From positions 1 to 32,097 of IMG/VR virus record IMGVR_UViG_3300005609_000201: DNA of 32,097 nucleotides. One strand, 5' to 3'. Shown piece after piece: positions 16,876-27,300 of the stretch. The notes under the pieces are model-generated. The model was not told the origin of the DNA, did no database searches, and saw only the letters and a list, made by a program, of their open reading frames with translations. Position 1 is the first letter of the stretch. Each line of letters starts with the position of its first letter. This DNA is from a virus. Lineage: Duplodnaviria > Caudoviricetes. The translations under genes and the position numbers were made by a program.

Positions 16876-18894
16876 TTATTGAGACATTGCAATATTTTGT
16901 TGCATTTGTGCAACTTGTATTTGTGTCTTATGTTGTTTGATATGTTCTCTAGCCATAAGTTCTATTTGTTTAGCCTTTTCTAAATCTTGAGTTGCTAGTT
17001 CTCTTATAAAATCTTCCCACTCTTCACTTATTATTAATTCTCTATGTTCTTTTAAATGAATTGCGTGATTGTCTAAATCATCTACTACAATAGCTTGCAT
17101 ACTAAGTATTCTTCTATTTTCACGTTTTACTTTATCTAAATCTTTTTTGAATGGTATTAAATGGTCCAACTCCATATATTTTAAATCTAATGCTTCTAAT
17201 AAGTTTTTAGTACCATCTACACCATAAGCGTTTTGTTCACTAAATAATCCTAGATTAGTTAAGTCTAAAATCATTTGTTGTCTTTGGGCCGGTTGAATTG
17301 CTAAGTGACTAATATTCTTAATTGCAATTTTATCATTAATTAAATTCTTATCCCACTCAATTCCATCTTCCCAACCATCATTAAATTTAACAAATCTACT
17401 TCCATTAGTATATTGTTGGTATAATCTAATAATGAATTTTGCCCACTTCTCAATACCTTTAGCCATACTCTTTGTAGTTAATCTAATACGATTATCTTCT
17501 TGTTCAGTTAACATACTCATTTGAGTTGCACTACGAATAGCACTTGATATATTACCCTCAATTGACATCATATTTAAACCACTTAAACTATAAAACTCTT
17601 GATTAAGGTCTTGATTTTCTGCTCTAAACTCTCCAGTTTGTGCATTATCTTGAACACGAACTGGTGCAGCTTTACCATTTTTAACTATAATAACATTTCC
17701 GGGTTTATTAGTAATTCTAGTTTGAGAATGTAAACTACCCTCATATGCTATCCATTGTCCTATTGCTTTTCTATTTAATGCTTCTGCAGCTCTATTACGA
17801 ACAGCATTATATCTTCTTTGTAAAGGTCTAAGATCTGCTAAAGGTGTAGCACCATAAAAGTTACCAGTTTCAGGAGTTGCAATCATTCTAATGAATGGTA
17901 TATCTTTTTTACCATCTCTACCTATATTGTAAGGTAATTCATCATAATAAACTACTTTGTCACCTACTGAAATAATCATTCTACCATTTGGGAAATCATT
18001 TGTAGGTCTTTCATAATATTCTTTTACTGATACAACATCTTCCAATTGATTGGTTTTATATCCATATGAACCTGAATAATAACCGATACCATAACTCATT
18101 GCACCAGTTTGTAAAGTTATCGAGTTAGTAATTTCATCTTTGATATCACTATCTTCTAACATATATACTTTTTTAACAACTTCTTTTGGAAACGCTCTAA
18201 CGTGTAAAAGCCACGGACTTTCTTCTAAATTTCTTCTTGTTGGATTATCTACATAGATTTCAAATGGAGATATAACAGATGTTGTTACATCACCCTCATA
18301 AATACTTTTCTTATATAATAATCCTTGTTGAAGTTTTTGTTTATAATCCTCGTTTAAATAATTAGAATTTCCTAATTCATCTAATAAAACATCGACTCTA
18401 CTTACAATTTTTTTACCTAAAGTATTATCCCAACCAACTTTTAAGAAAGCACTACCATAATCAGTTAGATATTCACCAATAGTATCATATTTGTCACCTA
18501 TTTCTAAAGTTTCCCAAGCATTTTGTATAACTGCATTAGTTATTTTAGCAACCTTTTTATCTTTATCTTTTAAAGATTTAGGTTCAGCCCACGGTAATGG
18601 TTTATTTAAAGTAATACGAGCTAAGAAAGTATTTCTTATAGTTCGCATTTTATTAAATACTTCTCTTTCTTCATAACCATATGCTTTTGATAACTCTGTT
18701 ATTTTAAAGTTATTACTATCAAAGGTTTTATATTGGTCACCTGATACATAGGCTAGTTGTAATAGCCAAGAATATTGTTGAGGTCTAACTTTCATTTGTG
18801 CTTCATTATACAAATCATTAATAAAAGCACCAACCTCATTGTTGGTTGTGCTTTTATTTTCTTTCATTCTTTTACTATTTGTACCATAAGCCAT
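16876..18894 (-). CDS. Portal protein (P22-like size, ~672 aa)
   Basis: YGSAFLKVGWD, VISPFEIYVD, IPFI, FYGATPLADLRPLQRRYN and NKPGNVI are portal-like segments; lies downstream of TerL. Start chosen from the AGGTG SD. Confidence 0.88.
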   Translation of the reverse strand: MAYGTNSKRMKENKSTTNNEVGAFINDLYNEAQMKVRPQQYSWLLQLAYVSGDQYKTFDSNNFKITELSKAYGYEEREVFNKMRTIRNTFLARITLNKPLPWAEPKSLKDKDKKVAKITNAVIQNAWETLEIGDKYDTIGEYLTDYGSAFLKVGWDNTLGKKIVSRVDVLLDELGNSNYLNEDYKQKLQQGLLYKKSIYEGDVTTSVISPFEIYVDNPTRRNLEESPWLLHVRAFPKEVVKKVYMLEDSDIKDEITNSITLQTGAMSYGIGYYSGSYGYKTNQLEDVVSVKEYYERPTNDFPNGRMIISVGDKVVYYDELPYNIGRDGKKDIPFIRMIATPETGNFYGATPLADLRPLQRRYNAVRNRAAEALNRKAIGQWIAYEGSLHSQTRITNKPGNVIIVKNGKAAPVRVQDNAQTGEFRAENQDLNQEFYSLSGLNMMSIEGNISSAIRSATQMSMLTEQEDNRIRLTTKSMAKGIEKWAKFIIRLYQQYTNGSRFVKFNDGWEDGIEWDKNLINDKIAIKNISHLAIQPAQRQQMILDLTNLGLFSEQNAYGVDGTKNLLEALDLKYMELDHLIPFKKDLDKVKRENRRILSMQAIVVDDLDNHAIHLKEHRELIISEEWEDFIRELATQDLEKAKQIELMAREHIKQHKTQIQVAQMQQNIAMSQ

Positions 18895-18906
18895 ATTCAT
18901 CACCTA

Positions 18907-19197
18907 CTATTTTGGATTTGATTCTTCATATGCAAATTCTAATTCATTTTTATATTGATTTAAATATTCATCTTCATTAATAAATTTAATATTTTTAGCA
19001 CTTTCATTCAATTGATTCAACATATTATTATTAGAAGCACTTTCTAAAATAGTGCTAATATATTTATCTCTTTCTTCTAGCCAAGCGTTTTCAATCTTAT
19101 CAATTCTTTTTAAGAAGAAGTAAATAATTGCTATAATAATACCGATAAAAACTATTTGAACCATTGAAAAAACTATAATTAAATTAGTATATCCCAT
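18907..19197 (-). CDS. Small membrane-anchored protein
   Basis: Long hydrophobic N-terminus followed by a charged helix; AAGGGG SD. Confidence 0.65.
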   Translation of the reverse strand: MGYTNLIIVFSMVQIVFIGIIIAIIYFFLKRIDKIENAWLEERDKYISTILESASNNNMLNQLNESAKNIKFINEDEYLNQYKNELEFAYEESNPK

Positions 19198-19199
19198 AA

Positions 19200-19715
19200 T
19201 TATTCCCCTTTAGCTTCTTTGATTTTTCTGATTAAAGTTTCTTTTGTTGAATTACTTCTAACTGTAACACCTAATTCTTTAGCTTCTTCTTTGATTTTAT
19301 CTAAATCAACTACTTCTTCAATTGGTTCTTCATCAGTAATTATTATTGTTTCAACTGGAATTTCATCTAGATTCAAACTTTCTAATTCATCATCTTCATC
19401 ATCTTCTTTTAAAATTTCCGTAGCTTTTTTAATAATTTCTAATTCTTCTAAAACATCATCATCTAAGTTATCTTCATCTTCTAAATCTTCAACAATAAAT
19501 TCATCTTTTAACAATTCGAAAATTTCTTCTTTAATACTTTCATCTGCATTTTTAATTGCATCTAATAGATATTCTTTTCTCAAGAAGTACCATCTACCTA
19601 CACCTTGACCATCTTTTGCAATTGCCATATCAGCAAACTTTCTTCTTTGTGATAATTCGCAACGTCTTTTAACATTGCGACCTTTAATGCTTTTAGTTAA
19701 AATTAATTTAAACAT
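19200..19715 (-). CDS. Acidic protein with C-terminal Rho-N/HeH-like helical motif
   Basis: Basic N-terminus, D/E-rich middle, and terminal IKEEAKELGVTVRSNSTKETLIRKI. Confidence 0.6.
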   Translation of the reverse strand: MFKLILTKSIKGRNVKRRCELSQRRKFADMAIAKDGQGVGRWYFLRKEYLLDAIKNADESIKEEIFELLKDEFIVEDLEDEDNLDDDVLEELEIIKKATEILKEDDEDDELESLNLDEIPVETIIITDEEPIEEVVDLDKIKEEAKELGVTVRSNSTKETLIRKIKEAKGE

Positions 19716-19753
19716 TCATTTTTCCTCTTTTCTTTTTTATTGTTTATATATTA

Positions 19754-19782
19754 AATATACTATACTTTGAGTTGTTTGTAAA
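19754..19782 (-). promoter_or_regulatory. SigmaA-like promoter downstream of terL
   Basis: TTTACA-17 bp-TATATT on the minus strand. Confidence 0.55.
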
Positions 19783-19783
19783 T

Positions 19784-21289
19784 CTAACCATATAAAGGAG
19801 ATAAATCTTGCATACCTTTTTTATTTTCTAATTGTTTCTTTACATAAGCCATACAATCTTTATTTTCTTTTTCTTTTGGTCTAGTTGATGTTTCATTATC
19901 AAATACTGTGATTGCATAGTATCTAATCATATCTACACCGTGGTCTTCTTGATTAGGTTGGATATCTTCTGGATTATTCGGGTCTGTTACAATAGTTTTA
20001 ATTTCTTCTATTGTTTCAACACATTGACTATTAATTCTCCACTTTGGTCTAATATCTTTAAAATCAATTAATCCCTCTTCATATTGTTTTTCTAATTTAT
20101 CTCGATTAAAATACATAAGTCTATGTACTTTTCTCCAACCCTCAACTCTAACTCCGGGTCTTGTTGGAGCTCTTAAAATTGTTAATCCAGTTAATGTTTC
20201 TACTATTTCTGCAGATGTAGAACCTATAATATCACCTTTACCATCACGAACATATGTATCTTTCTGTCTAAACATATCGTGTGGTAATACTATTCCTTGT
20301 ATATTCAAATCAAATCCATATGTTGAGATACCTTTTAATATTTCATCACATACATCTTCTAAGTTCATTCTATTCCCTTGTAAAACTTTATCAGTAAATG
20401 CAAATCCATCTTCATCGTGGAATGTGAACCCTACTTTGAATGCATCATTATGACCCCAGTCCATATGTAAATTACATTTCCAATGAGACTCAATAGTTAT
20501 TTCACCCGGTTCATAGATATGTTCTTTAGGTTGGAAGTTAGTTAAGAATTGACCATCTGCAATATCCCAATCCCCATATAAAAACATTCTTTGTAAATGT
20601 TCTGGCATTTCCAACAAGGTTGCTTCATAATCAGATCCAACTAAATATGGATTATCATATAAGGTTGATTTAATATATCTATATGATGTTTGTAAAATTT
20701 TACCGAATTTATTTTTAACTTTCTTAATAACTCTTTTAGTACCATTATCAGTTGCATCAATAAATAATTTTTTAACCCATAAGTGTCCTTTAGAACCCGG
20801 ATTAGAAGTTCCTAGAAATTGTGTTGGATAACCTTTACCACTTCTTAAACGAGTAATAATGAAATCTATGGTCATTTTATCGTGTTTTGTTAATTCGTCT
20901 ATACCAATAACATCAAATTCAACCCCTTGATATTTTTGGGCATCTCCATAACTCTCCATATAATTCAATGATACACGACTTCCAGTTGCTTCAATTATAA
21001 ATTGGTTTTCACTTGCTCTCCAAGTCCAAATACGTCTTCCTGTTTTCGGATCTTTTTCTGGAATAAACTCTAACCATTTATAATACAAACTTTCTTTTGC
21101 TTGTTTAATACTTTCACGAAATAATCCAACGTGAGCTCCTTTAAAAGTAGAAGCATATAAAAACGCTTTCATAACTAGTGCTGCAGATTTACCACCACCA
21201 GCACTACCTCCATAAAGTATTCTTTTTTCAGTTGATACTAAAAATTCTTCTTGTCTTTCAAATGGCGTAAAATTAAGAACCACACTCAT
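19784..21289 (-). CDS. terL: Terminase large subunit
   Basis: Walker A GGSAGGGKS, Walker B VIGIDE, coupling motif TSNPG, nuclease motifs MDWG and EDHGVDMIRY. Confidence 0.95.
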   Translation of the reverse strand: MSVVLNFTPFERQEEFLVSTEKRILYGGSAGGGKSAALVMKAFLYASTFKGAHVGLFRESIKQAKESLYYKWLEFIPEKDPKTGRRIWTWRASENQFIIEATGSRVSLNYMESYGDAQKYQGVEFDVIGIDELTKHDKMTIDFIITRLRSGKGYPTQFLGTSNPGSKGHLWVKKLFIDATDNGTKRVIKKVKNKFGKILQTSYRYIKSTLYDNPYLVGSDYEATLLEMPEHLQRMFLYGDWDIADGQFLTNFQPKEHIYEPGEITIESHWKCNLHMDWGHNDAFKVGFTFHDEDGFAFTDKVLQGNRMNLEDVCDEILKGISTYGFDLNIQGIVLPHDMFRQKDTYVRDGKGDIIGSTSAEIVETLTGLTILRAPTRPGVRVEGWRKVHRLMYFNRDKLEKQYEEGLIDFKDIRPKWRINSQCVETIEEIKTIVTDPNNPEDIQPNQEDHGVDMIRYYAITVFDNETSTRPKEKENKDCMAYVKKQLENKKGMQDLSPLYG

Positions 21290-21321
21290 ATACTCACTCC
21301 TTTCATAAAGAGGTGAAAGGG

Positions 21322-24300
21322 TTAATCATAAATTAACCCATAGAACTCACCAAACATACGTTTCTCATATTCCATTGCTTCTAGGAATAAGTGTTTTTCA
21401 GTTTCATTTAAATATTCATTCAAATAATGGTCCATATTTTTTTGAGGTATCTTACCAGTTATAGACAAACTTTGTTTCAATGTTTGTTTAACTTCATTCT
21501 TGATCTGTTTTGAAGTTTTACCATCTTCTTCAAGATTAGTAATTAATTGGACCATATTTCGCATCATATATTCATTGTCACCAAATTTGAAACCTTTTTT
21601 AATTGCATCTTTTAATCTAGCATTTTCAGTTTTCTCACTACCAACAATTGTTCCATAGTCAGGTCTATCTAGTACATCTCCTAAGTAATCATATTGTTTA
21701 CTTATCATTGTAGTATATGAAGTTTTTTCTCCACTTGAAATTCGTTTAAATGAATTATCAAATATTCCTGATGCAGTACCTATACCAAAATGTAATAATG
21801 CTTCTGGAACTGAATTAGCACTTTCGTGATATTTAGTTGGCACACCTTTTGCAACATTAATTGCACTTTGAGTAGTTTTACCAAACCCTAATGTATTACC
21901 AACTTTTTCAATTGCGTGGTCTAACATATTCCATTGTTTATCAATAGGAGCTGGTACAGCACCATAATAATTAACACCTTGCATTAATTCTAATGGCATT
22001 TTATAAAATGGATTAGCCATAGAAATACCTTTATTTAATATGTGTTCTACTGGTGGTGTTCCTTTTGCTTCATTTGAGAAAGGTAAATAATCTAATAATT
22101 CAAGCATACCATTTGCTTTATTTAAAATAATAGAACCAAATGGAGTTGGCATTAATGTATAACCATCTATATTTATATCTGTTCCCGGTATTGTATAACT
22201 TAATGTTTTTAAGTATTCAGGTATTTCTTCATCTTCTGGAGCAATACCTAATGCTCTTGCTAATAAGTTCCAACCAGTTTGTGCAATATTAGACATAATC
22301 ATCATTGCAGCAGCACCTCTTGAAGCACCACCTATTCTTCTTCTCATAGATGATTGTCTACTAAACATATCACTAAATATATTATTTAATTGTCTATAAT
22401 GTAGTTTTAAGTTACCCTCTTGGAAAGCAACGAAAGGTACTCCACCTTGAGACATTTTCATAGTAAATTTAGAACTCTCAGAATAGTTAATAAAGTTTTG
22501 GTTTGCCATTAAAGCTAATGCTCTTAATTGAACTTCTTTCTTTTTATTACCCTCAAACTTATTGGCTTCTTGCATTAAAGCACTAATTTCTTTTTTATTA
22601 GATGCACCATAATTTAATCCAGTTCCACTTTCAACTCTTTTAACTGCATCAAGCATATAAGCAAAACGCAAGATAGCTTCTCTATGATTTGAAAAGTTTT
22701 TAGTAGAATCAAACATTTTTTTGAATACTTTATTTGCAACTCCACCAATTGTTTTTAAATCTTTTTCTCCAGTTAAGTTTTTAGTCATTACTTCTAATTC
22801 TTTATGAAGTTCTGGCACTAAATCTTTACCCATAGTTTCTAATTCGAATGAGATTTCTCCACCACCATAAACATCTTCAAATACATTCCATAATGAATTT
22901 AATTCTGCTTTTCTTTCAGGTGATATCTTCTTAGAAACTTTACCAGTATATCTTTCCATAACATAACCAAATGCATCTGGAACACTTAATACTGCAGGTG
23001 GATTTTCTAAAGCAATACGATAGAAGTCCATACCAATTGCATTCTTAGTAAATCTCATAATATTTTCAGGACTAAATAATGCACCACGTTTGAATACTTT
23101 AGTTAATTTTCTAAGAGCATTATCAGGCAACCTAATTGGATTAACCATTTCATTAATTATCTTAGCTGTTTGATTATCTAATATCATAAATTTATTATCT
23201 TTAAGATTATCTAATATATACCCAGTTTCATTTTCGTTATACATTAATTGATTAATAATTGATTTAGTCATAAATTCCATATTATCTAAATCACTCAAGA
23301 ACATACTTCCTAATTTACCAACTTGTTTCTCATTAGCATTTTGTCCTAATATATTCCCATAACCATCAGTAACAACGTGTCCGTCAGGTATCATCATTTG
23401 AACATCATCAAGATATTCTAAACCAACATCTTCAACTAAGTTGTTTAATGTATTTTGAATTTCGAATGCATATAATAAATGTTTACTTTCGTTTTTACCA
23501 TTTAGAATATTTGGGTTAGTATAAACATAGTTTGCAAACCTCTCTAAATCCTTTTCTGAGACACTTCTTTGTTTCCCGTTGAAGTAATTGATAACATCTC
23601 TATAATCCTTAGACAAGTCATATACACCATCTTTGGCATAAGATTTGATTCTATTAATAATATTTTCTTTGTAATCACTTACAATAGTTTCTATTTCTTG
23701 AACAATATTAGTTTCAGTACCATCATAAATATTAGTGTTTTCTAGATATGCACTTAAAATACCTTTATCAATATTTGGTATTTCTGGATTAGATATTATA
23801 GTTTCAATTATAGAAGTCATTCTTTTAAATGTTTCTTCATTTTCACTATTAGCAATATCTTTAATAACTTTATCTTTAACATCAACTAATTCTTCTTCGA
23901 TTCCACTTAATACTTCATTTTTAGCATCTAGTGTTTTAACTTCTTCGACAAACTCTAAAGCAGTTATTTCATTCTTAGCAGTCAAATGAGTTAAAGCAAA
24001 CAATCCAATTACATCAGTATTTATTGCTTTTCTAGTACCTTTTTTCTCGTAGAAATCAATAAATCCTTTCATTCTACCATTTTGTTTATATGCACCTTTA
24101 TCTTTTTGATATGTATCAAATTCTCTTAATACTTGATTTTTAAAGTAATTGGCACGATTTAATTTACCAGACAGATCTTCACCACGAACTTCCCAGTTCT
24201 TAGCAATTAGCATTGCATCAGTTGTATCTTTAACATAATCATACATATCTAATTTATTAGTTAAAAACTCACTTGCATCAATCTCTTGTTGTAGTTGTTT

Positions 24301-27300
24301 TAACATCTTAACTACTTCTTCATCATATGTTTGACCATCTTCTAATTTTATAATATCTTCAAAAGGTAAATCTTTCATATCATAATTTTGAGTATCTTCA
24401 AACATACTTCTTGTTAATAAATAAGTTGAGAATGTTACATAATCATCTGCATTCATTCCACCAAATATTCTAGATACTAGTTCTTGTGTTTGTTTAGTAT
24501 TCTTGTTTAATTTGTTTTGATAAACATTAGCTGCAGAAGATACAAGTGAATTTAAATGTGCTATAACTCCATATTTAGTAGAATGTTCACTCCACCAATT
24601 CTTTAATTTTTCAGTTATGCTAACTGTTTCTTTTTTACTTGCTTTAGCATTAACTATTACTAATTCTTTCATTTGATCTGTATTACTTTTCTTCTCCAAA
24701 TCAATTGCATCATTGAATGTTTCAATTTCTTCATCAACTTCTAGTAAATACTTTTCGCCACGTTTTTCAACTATTGCCTTTTCTTTTCTAACTAAACTTT
24801 CAAAGTGGTCTTTAGCATCTTCAAATGCTATTCTTAATTTTATTTCATTAGGACTTAATTGACTTTTTCTTAAATAACCTAGAGCTTGATTAAGCCAAAT
24901 AAAAACTTTTCTTGCAACACTACTATCTTTAGTAATATCTTTTAATAATGTATCATTAACAAAATAAGTTTGCCCTTTCTTTTTACCACTTGTATATGCT
25001 TCTTGTTTAAATAATTCATCTTTTACAAAGTTAGCAACTATTTCACTTCTAGCATTTTCTTCGGTAAACTCTCTACCTTTAGCTTCGTAAACAGGAACAT
25101 ATCTTTTCATAATTGAATTTAATTGTTCTTCATATACACCTTTTTGAGTTAAATAATCTTCAACACTATTCATAAACTTATCTAGTTCTTTACTAGTTCC
25201 TCTTTCTAAATGATGAAAGAGTTCGTGAGTAACAGTATCTAGAAATTGAGTTTTAGAATTTGGATTTAAATAAATAACACCATTTTCATATTTACCAGCT
25301 TCATTCTTTTCTAATGTTTCATCAAACACAACTGTTAATTGTGCATTAGATGGTAACGTTTTATTTAATGTAGCAATAAAGTTTGTAACTCTACCCGGTA
25401 TCTTCTTAATATTCTTTTTCAATACTTTAGGAGTAATACCTTGTTCACTCTCATAAGCAATACTCATATCAGTATCAATAGTTTTCTCATTAGCAACTTT
25501 ATGTTGTGCTTTTAATAAGTCTATATCTCCTATTACATTCCTTAATGCACTTTCACTAAAGTTAAGTCTAAACTCGATATTTTTGTCGGGCCCATTTTTA
25601 GCAATATCGGCCATATATGTTTTTATATCGCTTCTATATTTATTTGCTTTTGCTTCTTTAACTTTAATTTCTTCAAGCAGATCATCTCTTTTAGGTTTTA
25701 ATTCTTTAGTTACCTTTATAGATTCATTAATCTTTTTATCAATTTGATTATCTAATTTAGTTGAATTAGAATTATTAAACCCTTTAGATACTTCACTTTT
25801 CCTTAATGCTTCATTCTTTTCAATAGATTCTTTTACTTGTTTCTTATTCTTAGGATTAGCATTAATAACATCATCATTAATTTTATCCCTTGAAATAACT
25901 TTAGTTTTATAATCTTTAGGACCATTAAGTTTTTCTTTAATATCATTCTTTGCTTTCTTTTGAGTTGTCTCAACTGGTAATATTTTAAATGTATCTTGTT
26001 CAACTGAATATCCAACTACAAACTTATCCACATCAGGATTTTGTTCTAAATTGCTTCTAACTTGATTTAAGTATTTTGTATTAGCTTTAATAGGTAATGA
26101 GAACTTATCTTTAATAATATTCATCTTATCTTTAAGATTTAATTCTTTCTTAACCTTTTCATCTACTTCAACTTTATTAGCAACTTGACTTACTTTTACA
26201 CTTTTATGTTGCTTAGTTTTCTTGATAACCTTTTTCTTATCTTCATCTTGAGTCTTTTCGATAAACTCTTTTTCAGAAATTTTAGTATTAGGTTTCTCTT
26301 CAACTATCTTTTGTTTTTGTTTCTTTTCTTTTTCTTCGAGCTTATTAATTTGTTCTTGTTTCTTAGTGATTTCTTTTTCCAAACTCGCATCTTTTTCAAC
26401 TTCTTTCTCTTTAGCCAAACGTTTCTCTTCGGCCTTTTGAACAGCCTTTTCTTTAGCGACTCTTTCTATTTCGAGTGCTTGTTCTTTCTTAGCATTTTCA
26501 AAAGTTTGTTTGAAGTTTTCAAAACTACTTAATGCTTTTTTACTAATAAACTTTTTATTCTTCTCAATAAATTCATCATATTCAGTTTGTGTTTCAAATG
26601 TTTTATCAATAAAATTTTGTAACTTTTTATAATCCTTTTCCATATCTAATACATTATCAACTTTAGATAATTTGTTATAAAAACTTTCAATTTCATTTGA
26701 TATATTTAATATATTTTGAATTTCTTGATCTGTTGTTTCTAAATCAGTTTTCTTTAATAAAGAGATATAATCTTCTTTATTCAAGATTCCTTGTTCATAC
26801 ATATATTCATAATCTTTTGATTCTAACTTATTTTCTTTATTAAACTTATCAATACGTTTTTTAGTAGTACCAACAACATCATCTAAAGTCTTTTTAATAT
26901 TAGTAATCTCATTATTCATATTTCTAACTTGTGTACTATCAACCCAAGAACCCTCTTCACGTTGTTGCATCATTGTAAAGTCTGTTGGAGTAATATTATA
27001 GTTATTCATACGTTTTAATATATTGAACTTATTATGTTTCTTATCAAATGTAGAACTTACTATTTCACCTTTTATTTTTTGGAGTCCATAACGTTTAGGA
27101 GAATCGAATTTTTCTCCATTCCAATCTGCAACATTTTCATCTCTAACTATATTATTTAAAACAGTTCTAGTTTCATTTATTAAATCAACTCTATCATTAA
27201 CAGATATACTTTCTAGTTTTTCTTGATTTTGTAAATCAATCTTATTGATTAATTCTTTATTTTGTTCATCTGCCATTTTATAGAAAGTATCTTGTGAATA

